Positions 1 through 5,703 of a stretch of 6,453 bases of DNA are shown in pieces. Origin of the DNA: a virus (Duplodnaviria; Heunggongvirae; Uroviricota; Caudoviricetes); the IMG/VR virus record IMGVR_UViG_2713896899_000008, one strand, 5' to 3'. The translations under genes were made by a program, and so were the position numbers. The stretch's first letter is position 1. Each line of letters starts with the position of its first letter. The notes beneath the pieces were generated by a model. It made no database searches. It was not told where the DNA came from and saw only the letters and a list, made by a program, of their open reading frames with translations.

Positions 1-291
1 ATAGAAGTTCTGGCGAAAGAGCTGGTAGTTAGTGGCACGCTATATGGTTCAGGCCATGGAATATTTCCTTCAGAACAGGCTCGTAAGGACTGGATAAAAG
101 CCTGCAAAAAAATGTCGAGAGCGGCAGTGAAAAAGAAGAACGACCCCGACCTGGTTTATTCGTTGCCAGATAGCGAGATACGCCGTTACAACAGGAGACA
201 GAACATAATTTGCCGAGAGTGCCGTCAGAGCGAAACTATGCAGCGCGTGCTGGCTTTCTGGAAGGGAAGTTTGCAGGAGGTGGTACTGTGA
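1..291 (+). CDS. Hypothetical protein, C-terminal fragment (start lies upstream of window)
   Basis: Frame 1 is open from base 1 to TGA at 289-291 (96 codons, ...CRECRQSETMQRVLAFWKGSLQEVVL). Contains one CxxC pair. Same orientation as downstream phage genes. Family not recognised. Confidence 0.45.
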   Translation: MEVLAKELVVSGTLYGSGHGIFPSEQARKDWIKACKKMSRAAVKKKNDPDLVYSLPDSEIRRYNRRQNIICRECRQSETMQRVLAFWKGSLQEVVL

Positions 292-418
292 GCCAAATTA
301 ACAATCAGGACTGCGTGAAGTGAAAGAGAAAACATAATTCAAATCTGAATAATTAATCTCAGCACTGTAAATAAAATTTAATCCTTAACAGGAGGGATTC
401 CTGCACCCTCAAAACATC

Positions 419-452
419 AGGAGGCCGCCCGAAAGGGCGGTAATGAAAAATG
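419..452 (+). promoter_or_regulatory. Translation initiation region: AGGAGG (419-424), perfect 6-bp GAAA-tetraloop hairpin (425-440), ATG (450)
   Basis: CCGCCC-GAAA-GGGCGG is a perfect stem-loop placed exactly between a consensus SD and the start codon. Linear SD-ATG spacing is 25 nt; with the hairpin folded it is about 9 nt. Confidence 0.4.
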
Positions 453-857
453 ACTGAATTAACAAAAGAGCAATTAATCGAAGAAGCTAAATTAAAAATA
501 GCGATTGCGAAATGCCACCCCAATTCAGGGGTGGCACGAGTAGAGGGTGAGTTATTCAAAATTGCTCTGGCATCGCTGGAAGCAGAGCCGATAGCGTGGG
601 AATACGGCGAAAACATAATCCTGTTTAATCCTGACACAGTTGAAGCATACGCAAAACGTGCAGAGATAACACCTAAACCTCTATTCACCGCTACACCTGT
701 GCCACTGACACCAGAAGGATTGATTAAAGCAGTGTGTTTCTATGAACAGGTTAAGCGTGAAAATCCGCCAGTCGAAACCGGAGCATGGAAAGACGCTGTT
801 GACTGGGTACTCAAAGAGGCTTGCCAGGCTGTAAACATTGGCATCAAAGGAGAGTGA
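450..857 (+). CDS. Hypothetical phage protein (135 aa)
   Basis: ORF from ATG 450 to TGA 855-857. Its stop lies 1 nt before the next gene's ATG, inside that gene's SD spacer. No family recognised. Confidence 0.6.
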   Translation: MTELTKEQLIEEAKLKIAIAKCHPNSGVARVEGELFKIALASLEAEPIAWEYGENIILFNPDTVEAYAKRAEITPKPLFTATPVPLTPEGLIKAVCFYEQVKRENPPVETGAWKDAVDWVLKEACQAVNIGIKGE

Positions 858-858
858 T

Positions 859-1056
859 ATGGATAAAAACACAACTGCCTACTGGAGTCTGTCACTTGAT
901 ACCGAATGTCCCAGATGTGGTCACAATTTCGATCTGCTTTGTGATCCAGATTTCTGGGAGTTTTCTGGAGCTAAACAGGCATGTGAAGAAATAAAAGGTT
1001 ACGAAACATGCTGTCCAGAATGTAACCATGAATTTAAAACAGATTTCGTGTATTGA
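859..1056 (+). CDS. Small zinc-ribbon protein (65 aa, two CxxC pairs)
   Basis: ATG 859 is preceded by AAGGAG (847-852) at 6-nt spacing. The ORF-track start at 838 would overlap the upstream gene and has no SD. Product has CPRCG...CCPECNH, a typical 4-Cys zinc ribbon. Confidence 0.6.
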   Translation: MDKNTTAYWSLSLDTECPRCGHNFDLLCDPDFWEFSGAKQACEEIKGYETCCPECNHEFKTDFVY

Positions 1057-1066
1057 GGCATAACAA

Positions 1067-1282
1067 ATGACCACTATTACCAGAGAACAAGCTCTGAAAA
1101 TTATTGAAGCTGCCGATGAGGTTATTAGTGCGCTTGCCGGAACTAACGAGGATGTTCACCCTGGTAGCGATAACATGCTACGCCTGTGGGATGACCTGAA
1201 TGACCGTTACGCGCCGCCGGAAGTTGTGCGTGAGCTGGCACGGATTGCACTGGCGGTGTATTCGATTTGCCGCTGGGGGTAA
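1067..1282 (+). CDS. Hypothetical small protein (71 aa)
   Basis: ATG 1067 with GAGG (1055-1058) 8 nt upstream; the SD overlaps the stop of the preceding ORF. Ends TAA 1280-1282. Confidence 0.55.
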   Translation: MTTITREQALKIIEAADEVISALAGTNEDVHPGSDNMLRLWDDLNDRYAPPEVVRELARIALAVYSICRWG

Positions 1283-1404
1283 GGTATTAAAAAACGCTCC
1301 GCACACATAAGTTGGGCGCCTGAGATGCGGGGATAGGGAGTTGGTTAAATAGTTATACAACAATACCTGATTTTGCATTGAAGCAAGGAGGAGGTTGCCA
1401 CATA

Positions 1405-1533
1405 TTGAATCATGCACGTGTACGTCAAATGTGGGAGGTCATCGTGCTGGTTCTGAAATGTGCGCTGGCTATTGCGGCTGTAATGGCAATTTATTGTCTT
1501 GTTATTGTTCTTATGGAGCACCTTTCTGATTGA
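1405..1533 (+). CDS. Candidate small single-pass membrane peptide (42 aa from TTG 1405; 34 aa from ATG 1429)
   Basis: Strong SD AAGGAGGAGG (1385-1394), then in-frame TTG 1405 and ATG 1429, stop TGA 1531-1533. Product (MNHARVRQ)MWEVIVLVLKCALAIAAVMAIYCLVIVLMEHLSD has a basic N-terminus and one hydrophobic helix. T is regular at codon position 2. An overlapping frame is also open, so coding status is unproven. Confidence 0.3.
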   Translation: MNHARVRQMWEVIVLVLKCALAIAAVMAIYCLVIVLMEHLSD

Positions 1534-1557
1534 TTTCATATTGGCGAGGTGACGGGA

Positions 1558-1587
1558 GTTAAGTAGAATTGCTGTGGGTGCTTGAGG
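1558..1587 (+). promoter_or_regulatory. hok mRNA 5' element complementary to the 3' end (tac-like)
   Basis: GTTAAGT (1558-1564) and GGGTGCTTGAGG (1576-1587) are antiparallel-complementary to ACTTAAC (1965-1971) and CCTCAACGCACCC (1950-1962, one bulged C), which sit just 5' of the hok terminator. Confidence 0.4.
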
Positions 1588-1744
1588 CTATCTGTCTCAG
1601 GCATGAACACCAACGGCAGATAGAGAAAAGCCCCAGTTAACATTACGCGTCCTGCAGGACGCTTAACATTAATCTGAGGCCAATTTCATGCTAGACACAT
1701 GTAGGTTAGCCTCTTACGTGCCGAAAGGCAAGGAGAAGCAGGCT

Positions 1745-1900
1745 ATGAAGCAGCAAAAGGCGATGTTAATCGCCCTGATCGTCATCTGTTTAACCGTCAT
1801 AGTGACGGCACTGGTAACGAGGAAAGACCTCTGCGAGGTACGAATCCGAACCGACCAGACGGAGGTCGCTGTCTTCACAGCTTATGAACCTGAGGAGTAA
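1745..1900 (+). CDS. hok: Hok/Gef-family type I toxin (51 aa), HokD/RelF-like
   Basis: Product MKQQKAMLIALIVICLTVIVTALVTRKDLCEVRIRTDQTEVAVFTAYEPEE matches the Hok family hallmark (N-terminal TM helix, conserved Cys, C-terminal periplasmic tail) and is near-identical to E. coli HokD as I recall it. SD AAGGAG (1730-1735) at 9-nt spacing. Confidence 0.9.
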   Translation: MKQQKAMLIALIVICLTVIVTALVTRKDLCEVRIRTDQTEVAVFTAYEPEE

Positions 1901-1949
1901 GAGACCAGGCGAGGGAGAAATCCCTCGCCACCTCTGATGAGTCAGGCAT

Positions 1950-1971
1950 CCTCAACGCACCCGCACTTAAC
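1950..1971 (+). promoter_or_regulatory. hok mRNA 3' fold-back element (fbi-like), partner of 1558-1587
   Basis: See the 1558-1587 feature. Position immediately upstream of the terminator hairpin matches the hok-family mRNA architecture. Confidence 0.4.
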
Positions 1972-1995
1972 CCGCTCCGGCGGGTTTTGTTTTTT
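1971..1995 (+). terminator. Rho-independent terminator of the hok transcript
   Basis: Stem CCCGC (1971-1975) / GCGGG (1980-1984) with loop TCCG, followed by TTTTGTTTTTT (1985-1995). A 9-bp GAAA-loop hairpin lies upstream at 1908-1929. Confidence 0.75.
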
Positions 1996-2067
1996 CCTGG
2001 CATTCTGGTTTACAATTCGCACGCCAGCCTGAACAACTGGCACCTGCTGCGCCAGCAGAGACAGCCG

Positions 2068-2346
2068 ATGGCGCACGATACCAAATTACACAATTCTGAT
2101 GATTCTGCCGTCTTTGCCAGCAGGTGTGGACGGCGTTTTCACGCATTCAAATCGGACTGGTTCCAGCATCCCCCATGCACTGAAGAGCAGGCTGAATGGA
2201 TAATTCAGTGTTACCGCAGGCGCGGATACGAGGTTAAGAAAGCCCTTAGTCTCGACTACCGTCACTGGATAATCTCAGTCAGATTGCCTTACTCCGAACG
2301 CCCACCACGTGCGTCCCGCACTTTCCAGCAACGGATCTGGAGGTAA
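2068..2346 (+). CDS. Hypothetical small protein (92 aa), at the position rem occupies between hokD and ydfU in Qin
   Basis: First ATG in the open frame is 2068. The ORF-track start at 1987 is a TTG inside the terminator T-tract. Stop TAA 2344-2346 lies inside the SD spacer of the next gene. SD for 2068 is weak. Confidence 0.4.
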   Translation: MAHDTKLHNSDDSAVFASRCGRRFHAFKSDWFQHPPCTEEQAEWIIQCYRRRGYEVKKALSLDYRHWIISVRLPYSERPPRASRTFQQRIWR

Positions 2347-2347
2347 C

Positions 2348-3403
2348 GTGCGGGTATTACTTAGACCTGTTCTGGTGCCTGAGCTTGGGCTGGTGGTCCT
2401 TAAGCCGGGCCGTGAATCCATACAGATATTTCATAATCCTCGAGTGCTGGTGGAACCGGAACCAAAAAGCATGCGTAATCTGCCATCCGGAGTCGTTCCT
2501 GCCGTTGGCCAGCCGCTGGCGGAAGACAAAACATTGCCGCCGTTTTTTAGTAACGAACGGGTGATTCGTGCTGCTGGCGGCGTTGGCGCATTGTCTGACT
2601 GGCTATTACGTCATGTTACATCCTGCCAGTGGCCTAATGGCGATTACCATCACACTGAAACAGTCATTCACCGTTATGGTACCGGCGCAATGGTGTTGTG
2701 CTGGCACTGCGACAACCAACTGCGTGACCAGACATCGGAATCACTGGAGCTGCTTGCTCAACAAAATCTGACAGCATGGGTGATTGACGTCATCCGTCAC
2801 GCAATAAGCGGTACGCAGGAGCGGGAATTATCTTTGGCTGAATTATCCTGGTGGGCGCTCTGCAATCAGGTGGCGGATGCGCTACCTGAGTCAGTATTAC
2901 GTCGTTCGCTGGGGTTGCGTGCGGAAAAAATCCGCTCAGTGTACCGTGAAAGCGACATCGTACCGGGAGAGCAGACCGCCACCAGCATACTGAAGCAGCG
3001 CACAAAAAATCTTGCGCCGCTGCCTCACGCCCACCAGCAAAACCCGCCACAGGAAAAGACGGTGGTCAGCATTGCCGTTGATCCGGAGTCACCGGCTCAG
3101 TATCTCCAGCGCCAGAAACCACAACGGGAAGAGATGCCTGTATACACGCGCTGGGTAAAAACGCAGAAATGCATGACGTGCGGTAATCAGGCGGATGATC
3201 CGCATCACATCATTGGTCATGGACTGGGAGGAATGGGAACAAAGGCTGATGATTTGTTTGTTATTCCGCTGTGTCGCAAATGCCATAACGAACTACACGC
3301 CGGAGTAAAAGATTTTGAAGACAAACACGGCAGCCAGTTGTTGTTGCTGATTCGTTTTTTAATGCACGCGAGAAATTCGGGCGTCCTGAAGTGGAAAGCA
3401 TAA
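2348..3403 (+). CDS. DUF968-family protein (YdfU-like) with C-terminal HNH-like zinc-binding nuclease motif
   Basis: GTG 2348 preceded by GGAGG (2339-2343). C-terminus CMTCGNQADDPHHIIGHG...CRKCHNELH has the CxxC...HH...CxxCH spacing of an HNH-type motif. Start is less certain: in-frame GTG 2309 and ATG 2471 are alternatives. Confidence 0.65.
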   Translation: MRVLLRPVLVPELGLVVLKPGRESIQIFHNPRVLVEPEPKSMRNLPSGVVPAVGQPLAEDKTLPPFFSNERVIRAAGGVGALSDWLLRHVTSCQWPNGDYHHTETVIHRYGTGAMVLCWHCDNQLRDQTSESLELLAQQNLTAWVIDVIRHAISGTQERELSLAELSWWALCNQVADALPESVLRRSLGLRAEKIRSVYRESDIVPGEQTATSILKQRTKNLAPLPHAHQQNPPQEKTVVSIAVDPESPAQYLQRQKPQREEMPVYTRWVKTQKCMTCGNQADDPHHIIGHGLGGMGTKADDLFVIPLCRKCHNELHAGVKDFEDKHGSQLLLLIRFLMHARNSGVLKWKA

Positions 3404-3769
3404 ATGACTGAACATATAGAATTTGTTTTGCCTTACCCGCCGTCGGTGAACACCTACTGGCGCCGTCGTGGTGGCGTATATTTTGTATCAAAAGCCGGTG
3501 AGTGTTATCGCCGGGATGTGGCGCTTATTGTTCGCCAGAAGCGACTGAAATTAAATCTGTCCGGTAGGTTGGCAATCAGGATTATTGCAGAGCCACCGGA
3601 TAAGCGCCGCCGCGACCTGGACAATATCCTGAAAGCACCACTGGATGCGCTGACGCATGCCGGACTTCTTATAGACGACGAGCAGTTTGATGAAATCAAT
3701 ATTGTGCGCGGTCAGCTCGTTCCTGGTGGGCGGCTGGGGATAAAAATCACAGAACTGGAGTGCGCATGA
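3404..3769 (+). CDS. rusA: RusA-family Holliday junction resolvase (121 aa)
   Basis: ATG 3404 directly abuts the upstream stop (TAA 3401-3403). Product carries the RusA signature PPDKRRRDLDNILKAPLDALT and a C-terminal GGRL motif, closely paralleling E. coli RusA. Confidence 0.88.
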   Translation: MTEHIEFVLPYPPSVNTYWRRRGGVYFVSKAGECYRRDVALIVRQKRLKLNLSGRLAIRIIAEPPDKRRRDLDNILKAPLDALTHAGLLIDDEQFDEINIVRGQLVPGGRLGIKITELECA

Positions 3770-4455
3770 ATAGCCAGTATTTACAGTTTGTGCGTGAGCA
3801 GCTCATTATCGCCACCGCTGATTTGAGTGGGGCAACAAAAGGTCAGCTTGAAGCCTGGCAGGAGAATGCCATGTTCGATACAGGGCGTTACAGGCGTAAA
3901 AAAATCCGGTACCGGGATGAGGTGACTGGAAAAATGATAACGCGGGATAATCCACCAATCCCGGGAAAACAATCACTGGCGAAGGGGACGTCAATTCCTC
4001 TGGTCAGTCCGGTTGAGTTTTCGACATCATCGTGGCGGCGGGCTGTTCTGTCTCTTGAAGAACATCATAAAGCCTGGTTGTTGTGGTGTTACAGCGGGAA
4101 TATTTGTTGGGAATATCAGATCGCGATAACACAGTGGGCGTGGAATGAATTTAATACTCAATCCGGTACCAGAAAAATTGCAGGGAAAACGCAGGAACGC
4201 CTGAAAAAATTAATCTGGCTGGCGGCGCAGGCAGTAAAAGCAGAACTTTTTGGTGGGGAAGGTTATGAATACCAGGAGCTGGCATTACTGGCGGGAGTGA
4301 CAACTAAAAACTGGTCCAAAACATTTACTCGTCACTGGGTTGCAATGAAACACATTTTTTACCGACTGGATAGTGAGGCTTTATTGTTTGTAATGAGAAC
4401 ACGTTCAAAACAAAAGGTGGCATTTTCAAAGCAAAGTGTTGCAAAAGTAGATTGA
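3766..4455 (+). CDS. Putative late-gene antiterminator Q (QuuQ/phage-82-type, not the lambda zinc-finger type)
   Basis: ATG 3766 overlaps the rusA stop (ATGA). It sits immediately upstream of a promoter-terminator pair and the lysis cassette, the canonical Q position. Assignment is mainly positional; no zinc-finger motif. Confidence 0.55.
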   Translation: MNSQYLQFVREQLIIATADLSGATKGQLEAWQENAMFDTGRYRRKKIRYRDEVTGKMITRDNPPIPGKQSLAKGTSIPLVSPVEFSTSSWRRAVLSLEEHHKAWLLWCYSGNICWEYQIAITQWAWNEFNTQSGTRKIAGKTQERLKKLIWLAAQAVKAELFGGEGYEYQELALLAGVTTKNWSKTFTRHWVAMKHIFYRLDSEALLFVMRTRSKQKVAFSKQSVAKVD

Positions 4456-4467
4456 AAGGCATATATT
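4439..4467 (+). promoter_or_regulatory. PR'-like late promoter (TTGCAA, 17 nt spacer, TATATT)
   Basis: -35 TTGCAA (4439-4444) and -10 TATATT (4462-4467), overlapping the Q stop codon. Predicted start near 4474, about 50-70 nt upstream of the tR'-like terminator. Confidence 0.45.
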
Positions 4468-4521
4468 TCATGCAAATCTGATATTTTGCCGATTTTGTAC
4501 GTGATGGCAAAAGCAAACAAA

Positions 4522-4547
4522 ACCCGCCCACAAGCGGGTTTTTTTTG
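4522..4547 (+). terminator. tR'-like intrinsic terminator
   Basis: Stem ACCCGC (4522-4527) / GCGGGT (4534-4539), loop CCACAA, followed by an 8-T run ending at 4546. Confidence 0.75.
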
Positions 4548-4628
4548 TGCCACTTATCTCGGATAGACATGGTGAATGCGCTGGTGGAGGAAGTAAGGGT
4601 GATTTTTAATCAGGTGATTTTTGAATGC

Positions 4629-4657
4629 TTGCAACATTGATTTCGTAACGTTATTAT
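4629..4657 (+). promoter_or_regulatory. Sigma70-type promoter of the tRNA array (TTGCAA, 17 nt spacer, TATTAT)
   Basis: -35 at 4629-4634 and -10 at 4652-4657; the first tRNA starts at 4667, about 10 nt downstream. Confidence 0.5.
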
Positions 4658-4666
4658 CCTGCACCC

Positions 4667-4742
4667 GGCCCTTTAGCTCAGTGGTGAGAGCGAGCGACTC
4701 ATAATCGCCAGGTCGCTGGTTCAAATCCAGCAAGGGCCACCA
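4667..4742 (+). tRNA. tRNA with CAU anticodon, ileX/ileZ-like (tRNA-Ile2, lysidine type; Met not excluded by anticodon alone)
   Basis: 76 nt cloverleaf: acceptor GGCCCTT/AAGGGCC, D-stem GCTC/GAGC, anticodon loop CTCATAA, T-loop TTCAAAT, A73, encoded CCA. Overall sequence resembles E. coli ileX. Confidence 0.88.
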
Positions 4743-4743
4743 A

Positions 4744-4820
4744 CCGCCACTAGCTCATCAGGAAAGAGCGTCAACCCTTTAAGTTGAGTGTGCGAGGTTC
4801 GAGTCCCCGGTGGCGGTCCA
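4744..4820 (+). tRNA. Atypical tRNA, anticodon loop CCTTTAA (nominal anticodon UUU, Lys)
   Basis: 77 nt cloverleaf: acceptor CCGCCAC/GTGGCGG (C1:G72), D-stem GCTC/GAGC, anticodon stem TCAAC/GTTGA, T-arm CGAGG-TTCGAGT-CCCCG, U73, encoded CCA. C at position 33 and U73 are unusual for a Lys tRNA. Confidence 0.6.
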
Positions 4821-4822
4821 GT

Positions 4823-4898
<76 letters not shown>

Positions 4899-4901
4899 TA
4901 T

Positions 4902-4976
<75 letters not shown>

Positions 4977-5083
4977 GTATTTATCTGCATATTTCCTTTT
5001 GAGTCCCGTTTTGTTAGAGGTATTGGGCTGTTGACGGGGCTGATATCCACTCTCCACCTTTCAGGGAGATAGGATTTAAGGAG

Positions 5084-5121
5084 CCAACCGGTTAGAGTCT
5101 GCTTTGTTCCTAACCAGTTGG
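5084..5121. terminator. Inverted-repeat hairpin between the converging tRNA operon (+) and YagU-like gene (-)
   Basis: CCAACCGGTTAG (5084-5095) and CTAACCAGTTGG (5110-5121) pair at 11 of 12 positions with a 14-nt loop. A T-rich tract follows on the + strand only. Confidence 0.3.
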
Positions 5122-5139
5122 TTATGTTATTTGAGATGG

Positions 5140-5703
5140 TTAGTTTTTATTCGCCGTCCATTTACCACAAATTGGTCTGGAGAAGATTGCCAGAATGGCA
5201 ATAAAGGATATTTCAATTGAAACAGACCAGCATATATGTCCAATCAGTTCGCTCCAGAATTCATAGCCGTTTAGATTCCATAGCCACCCTCTTTCATGGC
5301 CGGGAAGATACGCGGGAAATCTGAAGCCCAGCGCGGGTATTAAAATACCATGCATGACTAATGTAATAAGAATTCCATATACAGCCCCATACCACATGCG
5401 GACTCGTGGAATAAAAACAGACAGGTATATGTATACAAAGGCAAAAATGAAACTAAAAAGCCAATGATAGAGCATAACAGCTCCGGGAATTGTTACTCCC
5501 TGGTAAATGTAATCCAGCGAGTGTGAATTTATTCCCAGAAAACCCAACCAGGCGTCGATATTCATTGCTGGTGGAGAAATTTCTCCGGCCATTCTTGGGG
5601 GCATGTTAGCTTCAGTTCCTGATTTCACCAGAGAGCTGATCGCGCCACCGACCAGTGTTGCCCAAAGTATGATTTTTAGATTTACGCTATTCCATTTACA
5701 CAT
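5140..5703 (-). CDS. DUF1440/YagU-family inner membrane protein (187 aa)
   Basis: Minus-strand ATG at 5703-5701 is preceded by GAGG at 6-nt spacing; stop is TAA (complement of 5140-5142). Product shares blocks with E. coli YagU as recalled (VKSGTEANMPPR, MWYG, MHGILIPALG, SELIGHICWSVSIEI). The 280-aa ORF-track version is rejected as an N-terminal extension. Confidence 0.62.
   Translation of the reverse strand: MCKWNSVNLKIILWATLVGGAISSLVKSGTEANMPPRMAGEISPPAMNIDAWLGFLGINSHSLDYIYQGVTIPGAVMLYHWLFSFIFAFVYIYLSVFIPRVRMWYGAVYGILITLVMHGILIPALGFRFPAYLPGHERGWLWNLNGYEFWSELIGHICWSVSIEISFIAILAIFSRPICGKWTANKN

Noticed and set aside
838-1056. 72-aa version of the zinc-ribbon ORF starting at ATG 838
   Set aside because: It would overlap the upstream gene by 20 nt and has no SD. 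ATG 859 has AAGGAG at 6-nt spacing.
1395-1536. Cys-rich 46-aa ORF from TTG 1395 in the frame overlapping the small hydrophobic ORF
   Set aside because: TTG 1395 directly abuts the SD with zero spacing, and the product is a run of Cys/Gly/Ser codons typical of TG-rich sequence. The hydrophobic frame is the more plausible if either is real.
1688-1900. 70-aa ORF as the annotated hok gene product
   Set aside because: Hok-family toxins are about 50 aa and start at MKQQK with their own SD. The upstream in-frame ATG is treated as a possible regulatory leader start, not the primary CDS.
1987-2346. 119-aa ORF starting at 1987
   Set aside because: The start is a TTG inside the T-tract of the hok terminator. 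Trimmed to the first ATG at 2068.
2309-3403. DUF968 start at GTG 2309 (364 aa), and GTG 3760 as the Q start
   Set aside because: GTG 2348 is preceded by GGAGG and sits 1 nt after the upstream stop. For Q, ATG 3766 forms the usual ATGA overlap with the rusA stop. The longer versions are not excluded.
359-4570. Minus-strand ORFs 359-688, 681-872, 892-1074, 1178-1417, 1345-1539, 2790-3050, 3089-3286, 3261-3491, 3505-3699, 3781-3972, 3806-3994, 4325-4570, 4359-4553 and plus-strand 2568-2771
   Set aside because: They are antisense to or nested within better-supported + strand genes or terminator regions, lack SDs, and give low-complexity or implausible products.
4744-4820. Second tRNA as an Arg tRNA (argN/argO-like, as in Stx phages)
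   Set aside because: The anticodon loop reads CCUUUAA, with UUU in the anticodon position. No register gives UCU or CCU at positions 34-36 with a canonical stem.
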